From the NCBI GenBank assembly GCA_965216315.1, contig CBDCFN010000016.1, positions 864,001 to 928,000 on the forward strand: a stretch of 64,000 nt of DNA. The letters are read 5' to 3'. The position numbers and the translations under genes were made by a program. Source of the DNA: a bacterium (GTDB taxonomy: Bacteria; UBA10199; 2-02-FULL-50-16; JAJFLM01). The first letter of the stretch is position 1. Each line of letters opens with the position of its first letter. The notes beneath the pieces were generated by a model. The model saw only the letters and a list, made by a program, of their open reading frames with translations. It searched no databases and was not told the DNA's origin. Positions 1 to 10,160 of the stretch are shown piece after piece.

Positions 1-108
1 ATGGGGCCCGCCAAGCTCAAGGAAATCGCTGAGCAGGCGACATTTAAGAGTCACGAGCGCTTACCGATTGATAACCCGTTCAATGCAATATCGTTGTCGA
101 CTAAGTAG
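1..108 (+). CDS. 3' end of a gene entering the window; resembles the C-terminus of a class I SAM methyltransferase
   Basis: Frame 1 reads MGPAKLKEIAEQATFKSHERLPIDNPFNAISLSTK* (TAG 106-108); the ..xxLP.DNPFN tail recalls methyltransferase C-termini; truncated by the window edge. Confidence 0.35.
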   Translation: MGPAKLKEIAEQATFKSHERLPIDNPFNAISLSTK

Positions 109-183
109 AGCCGCGGGTAAGCCGTATTTATATCTTAATTTGTTTCCTAGACAGAGTTAGGGAGGCAGAGTAGCCTAGTCGGT

Positions 184-828
184 ATGTCGCAAGCATCTGT
201 TTCTGGCAAAGGTCAAGCCCTGACACGGCTCGAACAGAAGGCGCAGACACGGCGTACGCTCGTGCAAGCTGCCCTGCGTTTAAGCGGACAGGTTGGTTTT
301 GCGGGTATCAGCTTGCGAGAGGTAACGCGTGAAGCCGGAGTAGCTCCCGCGACTTTTTATCGCCACTTTGCTGATATGGATGAGCTCGGTCTGGCTTTGA
401 TCGATGAGGTCGGTCTTTCATTACGCCAGATGATGCGTCAGGCGCGGCAACGAATTGGACGGCAGGGGAGCTTGACTCAGACTTCAATCGACGTGTTCAT
501 GGAGTTTCTCGATACCAACGGGAATTTGTTTCGTTTGCTGTTAGGGGAACGTTCGGGGAGCTCCGCGGCATTTCGGGCCGCACTTCGCGCTGAAATGAAT
601 CGATTTATTCATGAGTTGAGTGAAGACCTTGAGCGGCAGGCTCAGGCCATGGAGCGCCCCCTTGTCGATCCGGAGCTGACGGCAGAGGCGATTGTCGCGG
701 TCGTTTTCACGGTCGGGGCGGAGGCCCTCGATCTCTCGGAGCCGGGCCGTAAGCAACTAGCCGATCGCCTGGTCAAAGAAATTCGCATCATTCTGCGTGG
801 TGCTGAATCTCTCGCTCGGGCTAAATAA
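184..828 (+). CDS. fabR: TetR-family regulator, FabR/DesT-like
   Basis: N-terminal HTH SLREVTREAGVAPATFYRHFADMDELGLAL; C-terminal LRQMMRQAR...FRLLLGERSGSSAAFR typical of FabR. Confidence 0.75.
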   Translation: MSQASVSGKGQALTRLEQKAQTRRTLVQAALRLSGQVGFAGISLREVTREAGVAPATFYRHFADMDELGLALIDEVGLSLRQMMRQARQRIGRQGSLTQTSIDVFMEFLDTNGNLFRLLLGERSGSSAAFRAALRAEMNRFIHELSEDLERQAQAMERPLVDPELTAEAIVAVVFTVGAEALDLSEPGRKQLADRLVKEIRIILRGAESLARAK

Positions 829-850
829 ATTCCTATCACGATGGGGGATT

Positions 851-916
851 GTTAAGGGGGAGAGAGATTTTCTCCCCCTTAACTAAAGCAGGCGGGAAGC
901 TGCGCTTTTTGCCTGC
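851..916. terminator. Two adjacent stem-loops between the convergent regulator gene and tRNA
   Basis: Perfect 13-bp stem GTTAAGGGGGAGA/TCTCCCCCTTAAC (851-883); second stem GCAGGCGGGAAGC/GCTTTTTGCCTGC (888-916). Confidence 0.65.
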
Positions 917-923
917 GTAATAG

Positions 924-1007
924 TGCCCGGGAATGGACTCGAACCATCACAGGGTTGCCCCCACATGAACCTGAATCATGCGCGTCTACCAATTCCGCCA
1001 CCCGGGC
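924..1007 (-). tRNA. tRNA-Leu(CAG); CCA not encoded
   Basis: Minus strand GCCCGGG acceptor, GCGGAATTGGTAGACGC D-arm, CATGA-TTCAGGT-TCATG anticodon arm, long variable arm, GGTTCGAGTCC T-arm, CCCGGGC-A followed by CTA. Confidence 0.95.
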
Positions 1008-1132
1008 GAGGCGTCGTTCGTAGCCCATCCACCGGGACGCCTGCAAGGCAAATCCGATTATAACGCAAGTTGCTTATATTATTAAATAATTTACTACCAC
1101 CTCAGCGCGATTTTTAATACAATGCCCTCTTC

Positions 1133-4100
1133 ATGTCGCCGATTATCGCCTTTTTCATCAAGCACAGACGCGTCACGCACATGTTGGTTGTTCTGGTCCT
1201 CTTCGCCGGGCTCTTTTCGATGTCTCGGGTTCAGCGCCAAAAATTTCCCTCGTTTGCGTTGGATATCCTGAAAATTTCGGTCGTTTACCCGGGGGCCAGC
1301 CCCGAGGATATCGAAGTGAATGTTGTCGACCCGATTGAAGACGAACTGATCGAGGTTGAGGACATTGATGAGATCAAAAGTATCTCGATGGAAAATTTTG
1401 CAATGATCATGATCTATATTGATCCTGATGCTGCCGATATTCAGGAGGTCAAGGCGGATGTGCGGGCGGCAATCGATCGTGTTTCAGGGCTTCCGGATAG
1501 GGCAGAGACTCCGCAAATAGAGGAATTGCGCTCATCAAGTGTGCCGACACTGGAACTTGCATTGACAGGGACAGCTCCAGAACGGGTGTTGCGGGAATTC
1601 GCGCATGACCTTGAAATTGACATCAAAAATATTTCCGGTGTGGGGAGCATCGAGAAGGTCGGATATAGAAAGCGGGAAGTCCATATCTCTGTCGACCATG
1701 ATAAACTTGAAGAAATGCATGTTTCATTGAATGAAGTGATGCATGCGGTTCGGGCGCGCAACGTCCGTCAGGCAGGCGGGACATTGCAATCTTACGTCTC
1801 CGAGGCCGACATTGTGACATTTTCCGAATACGAGGATCCGCTTGATGTAGCTGATGTAATCATTCGATCGACTTTTACCGGAGAACACGTTCGTATCTCT
1901 GATATTGCTGATGTGGGAGAGACATTCGAAGATCATGAGATTATCACGCGTGCCAATGGGGATAGCGCCATATCGTTGATCATTAGGCCGCAAGAGCATG
2001 CGGATATTATCACGCTTTCAGAGAATATTATGGAGCGCGTCAGTCAGTTTCGGCGTCGGCTTCCGGCGCATATTAAAGTAGAGCCGCTTTATGATATCTC
2101 AAAATACACCGGCAGTTTGCTGAAGATCGTTTCATACAATGCCTTGATAGGGTTTTGTTTGGTTCTTTTTGTGTTGGCGTTTTTTCTTGATCTGCATACC
2201 GCATTTGGACGGCTTTTGGCCTGCCCGTTACCATTTTAGGATCATTTATCCTCTTTTTGCCTATGGGAATCACTTTAAACGTCATCAGTTTGTCTGCTCT
2301 GATTCTTGTCTTAGGGATCATGGTCGATGACGCTATTATCATTGCTGAAAATGTCCACCGTTATAAGGAGAAGGGGATGGCGCCCGTGGCTGCGACGGTG
2401 GAAGGAGTTAGCAATGTCTTGGCGCCTATTGCTGCATCAACTCTGACAACGATGTTTGCGTTTATGCCCATGCTGTTTATAGGTGGCATTTCCGGCAAAC
2501 TTCTTTGGACCGTTCCTGTCGTTGTTATCATTGTTATATTGGCTTCTTTAGTAGAATCGAGCTTGTTGCTGCCCTGCCATATTGCCTATACCGACGTTTC
2601 AAAGATAAATCCTTTGAGAACCCGTTGGTTGAGGCCGATCATTTGTCTTTATCGCTGGATTATTCGGCTATGCCTTCGCTTTAGGAAGAGCGTATTATTC
2701 CTGTTGATCGCTTTTTCCTTATGCGTCTTCTGGCAAGCGAAAGAAAAATTACAGACGGTTCTGTTTCCCCAAGAAGATCCAAATATATTCTTTATTGTCA
2801 TTGAAACGCCTCGAAATACACCGTTGGAAACAACATCTCGCAAAATCGTCGAAATAGAAAAAATTGTTGATGAAGTCGTTCCGGCACGGGCGAGGCAAAG
2901 TGTTGTCACTCGTATTGGCCATCATGATACAGATGTTTATGGTGACAGCCTAGGTCGCTATGATAATTGGGCATTGCTTAGCGTGTATCTGCACCCCTCG
3001 GAAGAACGAGATGTCCTGTCTGAAGATCTGATGGAGAAGCTTGAAAAACGCTTTGAAGGGCTAGCGGGATATGAGCGCTTGAGCGTTATTGCTCAGGATG
3101 ACAGCCCGCCGGTAGGGAAGCCGATTACCGTTATTTATTCGTCATATCATGACGATACCCGCAATAAATTGGAGCAGCAAACTATCGAGTTCCTCAAGGG
3201 CCTCGATGGTGTGTTTGCCATTCAGACCAGTAATGTGGAAGGGAAAAATGAGCTGCGGTTATTGCTTGATCATGAGCAGATGGCCCGCTTTGGGATTACG
3301 GCGATGCAAGTCGCTCAGACTGTAAGGGCAGCATTTGAAGGCGAGGTTGTGACGTCTATCCGACGCGAGGGCGAAGAGATTGATTTCCGAGTTCGTTTGC
3401 AGAATCCAGCAAAATATCGTGCCGAAGGGATCCGCAGTTTGCTTATTGCAAACAATCAAGGGGATTTGGTGCAACTTGGCAGCTTTGCTCGCTTAGGCCC
3501 GGCTCGTGGTGCCGCCGCGCTACACCATTATGATGGAGACCGATCTGTGACCATTACGGCAGAAGTCGACCCGCGTAAAATTACGTCTATGCAGGCAAGC
3601 GACTTGATTCGAGACAAATTTGAGCCGCTTCTGTTGCAATATTGGGGGGTCACGATGGAAGTGACAGGGGAGGCGAAACAAACACGTGAGAATATGAAGG
3701 ACTTTTTGTGGGCCATGCTCATTGCATTGGTTGCAATCTATATTCTTTTAGTTGTTGTCTTTGATTCTTATGCCCAGCCGTTTATGGTGATGTCGGTGAT
3801 TCCCTATGCCGTTGTCGGGGTTCTCCTGACTCTATTGATGCATGGCCTCCCGATGAGCTTTGTTGCGACTGTTGGCTTGCTTGGTTTGTTCGGCGTGGTC
3901 GTTAATGATACGATTGTCATGACAGCTAGAATTAACGAGTTTTGTGCAATTAAAGGCAAGACGCTTGATGCCGTCGCGGAAGGGGCGGCAAGTCGTTTTC
4001 GGGCGGTGGTTCTTACGTCCGTGACGACATTTGTTGCCTTGATACCGACGGCCTACGGAATTGGCGGCAAGCTTCATTTTGTCAGGCCGATGATACTCGT

Positions 4101-4188
4101 TCTGGCATGGGGGATCGCATTTGCGACCATAATTTCGCTCGTGATGATTCCCACGCTTTATGCGCTATTGGAGCGGATTCGGAAGTAG
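1133..4188 (+). pseudogene. AcrB/AcrD/AcrF-family RND permease split by a 1-nt frameshift near 2204-2206 (real lesion or sequencing error)
   Basis: ORFs 1133-2239 (YPGASPEDIE) and 2257-4188 (LGIMVDDAIIIAENV; SRFRAVVLTSVTT) are the two parts of one RND protein; adding one T to GCATTTGG restores AFWTAFGLPVTILGSFILFLPMGI. Confidence 0.85.
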
Positions 4189-4196
4189 CGTCTTCG

Positions 4197-4787
4197 TCAG
4201 GAGGATGATGCGTAGAAGGGTTGGGTTCCTGATGCATGATCCGTTTCATCGACAACGGCGACGATCTCGGGAATGGCCTCTTTAATCCTGGTTTCAATAC
4301 CTTGCTTCAAGGTAACGGCAGCCATGCCACAGCCCTGACAGCCCCCACCCATAAGCAAATAGACTATATTATCCTTGACCGCGACGAGACGTGCGAAGCC
4401 ACCATGGGCGGCGATGCCTGGATTGATTTCATTGACGAGGATGTCATGGACTTTTTTGACTAATGGGTCAGAAAGATCAATCTCAACCCCTTCTGCGATT
4501 GGACTGGTTGCCTTAGGCTCAATTTTGAATCCCGTCGAGAGTTCGGACTCAATGAAATCGACGGTGGCTTCATTAAGTTGGCCGGCCGAGACTTCGTCGA
4601 TGAGGATCTTGACTTCACCCACATCGATGATGACATCAGACTCCTGTGCCTTGCTTAGCTCAGTAATCGAGAAGGCATAGTCATTCTTGGTCCGCAGCAT
4701 GATACGTATGCCCCATTCATTGCGATCACGGTCTTTAAGGTAGAAAAGCATCTTTTCGAGGGCAATATCAGTAACATTTAAATCCAT
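4197..4787 (-). CDS. nfuA: NfuA-type Fe-S carrier (degenerate A-type domain + NifU C-terminal domain)
   Basis: INPGIAAHGG...MGGGCQGCGMAAVTLKQGIE...TDHASGTQPFY; start taken at ATG 4787 with AAAGGA RBS. Confidence 0.85.
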   Translation of the reverse strand: MDLNVTDIALEKMLFYLKDRDRNEWGIRIMLRTKNDYAFSITELSKAQESDVIIDVGEVKILIDEVSAGQLNEATVDFIESELSTGFKIEPKATSPIAEGVEIDLSDPLVKKVHDILVNEINPGIAAHGGFARLVAVKDNIVYLLMGGGCQGCGMAAVTLKQGIETRIKEAIPEIVAVVDETDHASGTQPFYASSS

Positions 4788-4903
4788 TAATAATCCTTTA
4801 GTATGGGTTCTTCGCGGAACCAATTATGACCTGTACTCCTGAAAGTCTATGTTGTAGAGAGCCGGGTGTCAACTGGCTGATTTTCAATGTATCTGGAATA
4901 GTT

Positions 4904-5752
4904 ATGCATTTTGCCTCTGATGAAACATATGCTCACCCACCGTACTTGCAGATCACTCTCGATCAGTTTCAATTAATTGGTCGCAGTATTGCCGGCATCG
5001 AGACGGTGCTCTGTATTCCGCAATGGAACCTTTGCTTTGATGCCGGGCGGAGTCCGGATTTTGCTTTTGCTCAAAATTATTTGGCACTGACGCATTGGCA
5101 TTTGGATCATGCAGGAGGCATTGCCTATTATCTGGGGCTCCGCCATCTCAATGGCCTCGAGCCACTTAATATCATCATGCCGCGAGCCAAGATCGATCAG
5201 GCCGCCGAATATCTTCACCGTTTGAGACAGCTGAGTGAGAGCGAGCTCGATTACCAATTATGTGCGGCCGAAGAGGATTTGCCTCTTCCGCATCATAGGG
5301 TGCTGAAGGGGACTGAAAATTTTCACTGCACTCCGAGCACGGGCTATTTAGTCGAGCTGACGAAACATCATCTTAAAGAGGAATTTCAAGGGAAGTCGGC
5401 TGATGAAATTGTCTCGGCCAAGCAAAACGGTATTGCTGTTGAAGACGAAGTTTCTGAGCTGGTGTTGGCGGTTTCAGGCGACAGTAAGGGAGAGTTTCTG
5501 GAGACGGAAGCCGTTAAGGCCAAGCATCTGATTATGGAGTGCTCTTTTTTTGGAGATACGAGCAATTATGAAAAAATTCGTGCCTATGGGCACACGCATA
5601 TTGCTGATTGGAAACGATATGCGGATAAAATAGCAAGCCCGCATGTCATCATGTCACATACCTCGCAACGCTATTCAAGGCAGGAGATTGAAGCGTCTTG
5701 TCGTAAATATCTTCCCAAAGACTTGCAGGATCGCCTGATTGTCCTTAGGTGA
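4904..5752 (+). CDS. rnz: Metallo-beta-lactamase-fold ribonuclease Z (short, TM/plant-like type)
   Basis: SIAGIET, FDAGR, THWHLDH metal motif, SGDS, IMECSF, GHTH, SHTSQRY. Confidence 0.75.
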   Translation: MHFASDETYAHPPYLQITLDQFQLIGRSIAGIETVLCIPQWNLCFDAGRSPDFAFAQNYLALTHWHLDHAGGIAYYLGLRHLNGLEPLNIIMPRAKIDQAAEYLHRLRQLSESELDYQLCAAEEDLPLPHHRVLKGTENFHCTPSTGYLVELTKHHLKEEFQGKSADEIVSAKQNGIAVEDEVSELVLAVSGDSKGEFLETEAVKAKHLIMECSFFGDTSNYEKIRAYGHTHIADWKRYADKIASPHVIMSHTSQRYSRQEIEASCRKYLPKDLQDRLIVLR

Positions 5753-5758
5753 TTGCGT

Positions 5759-6937
5759 CTAGATCGTCCATAAGTTCTGCCGACGCAGGGCGTCGACCGC
5801 TTCAGTCAGACCGCTGACGCTGAGTGGAAACATTTTAAATATCTTGCCGATTTCATCAATCGTGGGGTGGTGCCAATAATGTTCCGGTTCGGGATTGAGC
5901 CAGACTGAGAGTGGATAATGCTGATGGAGGCGTTTGAGCCATTCAATGCCCGGAGTATCCTCATGAGACCAATAGTCGATGTTGCCGCCGGCAAAGAAGA
6001 GTTCGTAGGGATTCATGCAGGCGTCCCCAACGATGATCACGTAATGTGTTTTGCGGTAGCGGCGAAATAACTCATCAACGGAAATGGCGTTACGCCGATA
6101 TATGTCGGTATAGACCGAAGAATAAATGCAGTTATGGAAATAGTAGGAGTGAAAGGCTTTAAAATGGTTGGATGCATGGGCTGCGGAAAATAGAGCTTCG
6201 GCCATATGGGCATACATATCCATGCTACCGCCGGCATCCATCAGAAGAAGTAGCTCTGTTTGGTTCTTGCGAGGTGGGGCAAAGACGAGCTCGATGTCGC
6301 CGGCATTACGGCAGGTCTTGTCGATGGTGGCCTCCATTTGCAGTTCTTCCGGAAGGCCGATACGATCGAGCTTGCGCAACCGTTTGAGAGCCACCTTTAA
6401 CTGCCGTGTATCGAGGATGCGATCATTGCGGTAGTTTTTAAAACGCCTTTCTTCAGCTACTTGGACGGCGGAACGCCCGCCACCAGGCCCTCCAATGCGG
6501 ATTCCGGAAGGGTGGGCCCCTGAATGTCCAAAAGGTGACGTTCCTCCCGTGCCAATCCAATGGTTGCCGCCATGGTGTTCTTCCAGCTGCTCTTTAAGCC
6601 GCTCGAGAAAACGGCGGCGCAATTCTTCCAGGTCTAGCTTTTCCAGACCGGGAGGTAATTGCGGACGCTGAGCCGGGTCGACCATGCGATTGAGCCAATC
6701 TAACAACTCTTCCTTGATGTTAATGGATTCTTCGCCCTTGAAGCAGACGAGAAAAGCCTGGTCGAAGGCATCGTAGAGCGCTTCCGACTTCACGAGGATA
6801 GCGCGCGCTAAGTAATAAAACCGGGTAAGCGAGGATGCGGCCAAGTCCTGGCTCAGGGCCTCCATAAGAGTGACCCATTCTTGGGTGCCGACGGGAATCT
6901 TATGGGCGCGGAGGGTATATAAGAAGGGGATAAACAT
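5759..6937 (-). CDS. VWA-domain (CoxE-like) partner of MoxR ATPase
   Basis: HHGGNHWIGTGGTSPFGHSG, MIDAS-like LLMDAGGSM, YYFHNCIY, VGDACMNPYEL, WLNP. Confidence 0.85.
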   Translation of the reverse strand: MFIPFLYTLRAHKIPVGTQEWVTLMEALSQDLAASSLTRFYYLARAILVKSEALYDAFDQAFLVCFKGEESINIKEELLDWLNRMVDPAQRPQLPPGLEKLDLEELRRRFLERLKEQLEEHHGGNHWIGTGGTSPFGHSGAHPSGIRIGGPGGGRSAVQVAEERRFKNYRNDRILDTRQLKVALKRLRKLDRIGLPEELQMEATIDKTCRNAGDIELVFAPPRKNQTELLLLMDAGGSMDMYAHMAEALFSAAHASNHFKAFHSYYFHNCIYSSVYTDIYRRNAISVDELFRRYRKTHYVIIVGDACMNPYELFFAGGNIDYWSHEDTPGIEWLKRLHQHYPLSVWLNPEPEHYWHHPTIDEIGKIFKMFPLSVSGLTEAVDALRRQNLWTI

Positions 6938-6970
6938 TTATAGTTACTCGAACCACCCGGCGTCCAATCG

Positions 6971-7771
6971 TTATGATACATTCGGTAAGTCTTGTTCATT
7001 TTTAAGTAAGCAGCCGAGCAAAGGGGTGTCCGCGATGCCCTTGGCATCGACTCCCATGGCAATGAGGGCATGGAGCCAGTCAATGAGTTCCGACGTCGAA
7101 GGCGGTTTGCGTAGCTTATTCCAGCTGCGGATTTGATAAAATTTTTCCACGGCGGCTGCCATCAGTTTTTTGTCAATGTCAGGAAAGTGAACCTTGATGA
7201 TACGACCCATCAGCTCCATGTCAGGGAATTCAATAAAATGAAAGACGCAGCGACGCAGAAAGGCGTCGGGTAATTCTTTTTCCGAATTAGAAGTAATAAC
7301 GACCATCGGCCGCTGTTTGGCTTCAATGTGGGTATCCGTCTCCGGAATATGAAAGCGCATTTCATCGAGTTCCGCGAGGAGGTCGTTCGGGAACTCGAGA
7401 TCCGCTTTATCAATTTCATCGATGAGGAGGACGACCGGTTCATCCGCGACAAACGCCTCACCGAGCTTTCCGAGTTTTATGTAATGTTTGATGTCCGCGA
7501 CATCCCCGTCGCCAAAGCGGCTGTCATTGAGACGCTGGACGGTATCGTAGATATAGAGCCCATCAATCGCCTTGGTCGTCGACTTGATGTTCCAGCGGAT
7601 CAGCGGGCGGCCGACGGCCTCTGCAATCGAGGCGGCCAACAGTGTTTTTCCGGTCCCCGGTTCGCCTTTGAGGAGCAGGGGACGCTCAATGGCCAGTGAG
7701 ACGTTGACGACCTCCTGGAGGGCGTCCGAGGCGACGTAATTATTGGTTCCGGTGTAAATATCTTTTGCCAT
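6971..7771 (-). CDS. MoxR-family AAA+ ATPase
   Basis: Walker A GEPGTGKT, Walker B LLIDEIDKAD, ITSNSEKELPDAFLRRC. Confidence 0.9.
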   Translation of the reverse strand: MAKDIYTGTNNYVASDALQEVVNVSLAIERPLLLKGEPGTGKTLLAASIAEAVGRPLIRWNIKSTTKAIDGLYIYDTVQRLNDSRFGDGDVADIKHYIKLGKLGEAFVADEPVVLLIDEIDKADLEFPNDLLAELDEMRFHIPETDTHIEAKQRPMVVITSNSEKELPDAFLRRCVFHFIEFPDMELMGRIIKVHFPDIDKKLMAAAVEKFYQIRSWNKLRKPPSTSELIDWLHALIAMGVDAKGIADTPLLGCLLKNEQDLPNVS

Positions 7772-7822
7772 GGGGGATTAGACTTAGCGAATTATGGGCG
7801 CTGGATCAAGTTGCATGGGGAC

Positions 7823-7849
7823 ACAACTTTTAAACGCCGGCGCCGATAG
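7823..7849 (+). promoter_or_regulatory. sigma28/FliA-like promoter
   Basis: ACAACTTT-N11-GCCGATAG, ending 6 nt before ATG 7856 (possibly leaderless). Confidence 0.5.
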
Positions 7850-7855
7850 GTTGGC

Positions 7856-8320
7856 ATGCCCTATATGGCCCATATTCCCCTCATGCAGGGTCTCAGCATC
7901 AGTTACGTCGAGGCATTGATGTTTCAGCGTCAAGCCTATACGGCGGCGGCGCAGGCTAAACTGGGGCCTTTTCTGACGGCCGCCGGCAGTACGCTGGAGC
8001 GATTCCAGCGTGATGTCATTCAGGCTCCGGGGGCTATTTTGATGAAAAAAAGCGATTTGGAGGCGATGACGGCGTTTACGGTTATGACCGCAACACCAGC
8101 TGATTTATATGCTTGGAGTGATAGTCTCGGTTGTGACTGGCTGGCGCAGATTCATTTGAATGCGAGTTTTCACTCCACGGCCCACTATGCGCGCGCCTTT
8201 AACGAACGCCATCGATCCGCTGATTTTCATATCGCTGAGCCGGAATATTTTCCGTGGATTGATTTTTCGCTACAATTATCGCCGTCAATATTGGTGGGTA
8301 TCGACGCGGGCCTGCATTAA
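7856..8320 (+). CDS. Hypothetical protein (orphan, no signal peptide)
   Basis: 154-aa ORF filling the gap between divergent moxR and the XRE gene; no recognisable motif. Confidence 0.55.
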   Translation: MPYMAHIPLMQGLSISYVEALMFQRQAYTAAAQAKLGPFLTAAGSTLERFQRDVIQAPGAILMKKSDLEAMTAFTVMTATPADLYAWSDSLGCDWLAQIHLNASFHSTAHYARAFNERHRSADFHIAEPEYFPWIDFSLQLSPSILVGIDAGLH

Positions 8321-8392
8321 GGCCTCACTAAAAAAATAAATAATTACAATTAGTTAATGTGTTTTAAGCAACTAAACAGTCTTCAGTGCCGA

Positions 8393-8448
8393 TATATCAT
8401 TTTAGATATAATTGGGCTAGACGAGGTATATCACTAATGATATATAAT
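8393..8448. promoter_or_regulatory. Paired operator palindromes and -10 box of the XRE gene
   Basis: TATATCA-TTTT-AGATATA (8393-8410) and TATATCA-CTAA-TGATATA (8427-8444); the second overlaps TATAAT (8443-8448), 5 nt before the ATG. Confidence 0.6.
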
Positions 8449-8453
8449 TATCA

Positions 8454-8825
8454 ATGGCAGCACACAAGAGCGAGATAGAATTTGATACATTGTTAGGGAC
8501 TGCACGTTTTGTGGCGGATTTCCGTATTCCTGCCGCTGCAAGAGAAGTTATTGAAAAAAGCATCGCAAAGGCTTTTGAGGATTATATTCCCGCGAGTGAA
8601 GTGCAGAAGAAAATCAAAAAAGATATTGATTGGGTTGATACGCCCAGAGGGGCACTGGTTGTATTTATGACGGCTCAAGGATTGACTCAAAAGAAACTCG
8701 CTAAAAAAACCGGGATTAATCAACCGAATATATCTGCGATGGTTAATGGGCGCCGCCCTATTACAGTGAAGACCGCGAAGTTGTTAGGGAAGGCGTTTGG
8801 GGTGAGTCATAAGTTGTTTCTTTGA
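8454..8825 (+). CDS. XRE-family HTH protein, HigA-antitoxin-like
   Basis: C-terminal HTH GLTQKKLAKKTGINQPNISAMVNGRRPITVKTAKLLGKAFGV. Confidence 0.85.
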   Translation: MAAHKSEIEFDTLLGTARFVADFRIPAAAREVIEKSIAKAFEDYIPASEVQKKIKKDIDWVDTPRGALVVFMTAQGLTQKKLAKKTGINQPNISAMVNGRRPITVKTAKLLGKAFGVSHKLFL

Positions 8826-8899
8826 GTGCTATGATGTCTTCGTGTTGGTGAAGTATATGTATTTTGAGAATATTTTATTGAATATATGCTTAGATTGTC

Positions 8900-9730
8900 A
8901 TGAAGAAATCTCACGAAATAAATTTAGAAATATACCAAGTTACTGAAGAAACTCTTTTGTATGATTATTTTTGCTTGTCCTCTCAAGTAAATGCAATGTC
9001 AGCTGAGGCAAACTACGAGAAATACCAAAAAACAAAAGATGGCTTTGAAAGGCTAAGTATTTTCCTTGCACAGAATGCACTCTTTGTTAATAGCTTGGAA
9101 GACACGGCTAGATTTTTGAATGCTATAAGTCTCAGTAAGGATTCTCAATCGTCTCTTTTTTCTCATCTTGCTGATAGAAGTAACTCATGTGGTTGGTTTG
9201 ATAAGGTATTAGATCATGCCACTGATCTTTCTAAGTTTCTAATATGGCTTGGGTTAGATCTGAAGCTTTTGGCTGATAGCACGGAGAAGCAATTTAAAGT
9301 ATCTCGTGACGAATGCCTAAGTAGCCTTGACGAACACTTCAATGCTTTAATGAATAGTATAAAAATGTGCCATACATATAAGATGCAACGGCAGGCTAGT
9401 TATAATAAGACGAAGCATGGTAAATCGGTATTCAGTAATCACCCTTTGTTTTTGAACAATCCAGATCAGATTGTGAAAGGTAGTGGGCCATATTTTGTCG
9501 TCGAAGCGAATAGCAACGGCGGATCTATGTGTCTCAGTGGATTTGGTATTCCATATACGGAAAATGATTTTAAAAAATTTACGTCAAATATTTTTATTAT
9601 GTCTGAAGTAATACGTGACCTAATCGTTTTGTATGCACTGCAACACTATCCAAAATTGGTTGAGAAACTACAGGGCCTTGAGAAAGACCAATCAAAGTTT
9701 AGAAGACGTTTTCCTGATTTATTTGATTAA
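8900..9730 (+). CDS. Low-GC hypothetical protein, helical, with YNKTKHG motif
   Basis: 276-aa ORF, visibly AT-rich relative to flanks. Confidence 0.65.
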   Translation: MKKSHEINLEIYQVTEETLLYDYFCLSSQVNAMSAEANYEKYQKTKDGFERLSIFLAQNALFVNSLEDTARFLNAISLSKDSQSSLFSHLADRSNSCGWFDKVLDHATDLSKFLIWLGLDLKLLADSTEKQFKVSRDECLSSLDEHFNALMNSIKMCHTYKMQRQASYNKTKHGKSVFSNHPLFLNNPDQIVKGSGPYFVVEANSNGGSMCLSGFGIPYTENDFKKFTSNIFIMSEVIRDLIVLYALQHYPKLVEKLQGLEKDQSKFRRRFPDLFD

Positions 9731-9768
9731 TGATATGCGATCTACTTAATCATTAGTAAAAAATCATA

Positions 9769-10101
9769 TCAAAAATGACACATCTTGCGACTGGTATGGC
9801 ATTCGGCGCTGCCTTCGGAGCGTTCCCAGTTTTTGCTCTTTGGCTTGGCGCCCGGTTGCGGGCGTGAGATGACGACCGGGATGTATTTGCTGGTCCGGTA
9901 GCGGCAGACGACTTTGTCGGTTTCGATGACCGCGGATTTCCAGTAGGCCCCGCGGGAGTAGGAATTGTCTTCGACTTTCCATCCTTCCGGAGGATACTTT
10001 TTAAGCAAAGGACAGACCTCGGCCCAAAGTATAGAAGCTGGAAGTAATAGCATCCCCAGGGTCGCTATACGGATGAGTATTTTTGTTTGTCTCCGTTTCA
10101 T
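9769..10101 (-). CDS. Small secreted Cys-containing protein (DUF3757-like pattern)
   Basis: Signal peptide MKRRQTKILIRIATLGMLLLPASILWA; CP..W..VVCRY..NW..C.....CHF pattern; start moved to ATG 10101. Confidence 0.55.
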   Translation of the reverse strand: MKRRQTKILIRIATLGMLLLPASILWAEVCPLLKKYPPEGWKVEDNSYSRGAYWKSAVIETDKVVCRYRTSKYIPVVISRPQPGAKPKSKNWERSEGSAECHTSRKMCHF

Positions 10102-10160
10102 GCGCCCTGCATTACGGAATAAAATTGCGAAGGTCAAGGTCAGGATGTATAAGAGAGTCC

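Noticed and set aside
851..1130. Integrative element at tRNA-Leu
   Set aside because: No integrase and no duplicated tRNA 3' end seen in the window; the hairpins are explained as terminators.
5759..7771. CO dehydrogenase (cox) cluster
   Set aside because: Only the widespread MoxR/VWA pair is present; no coxLMS.
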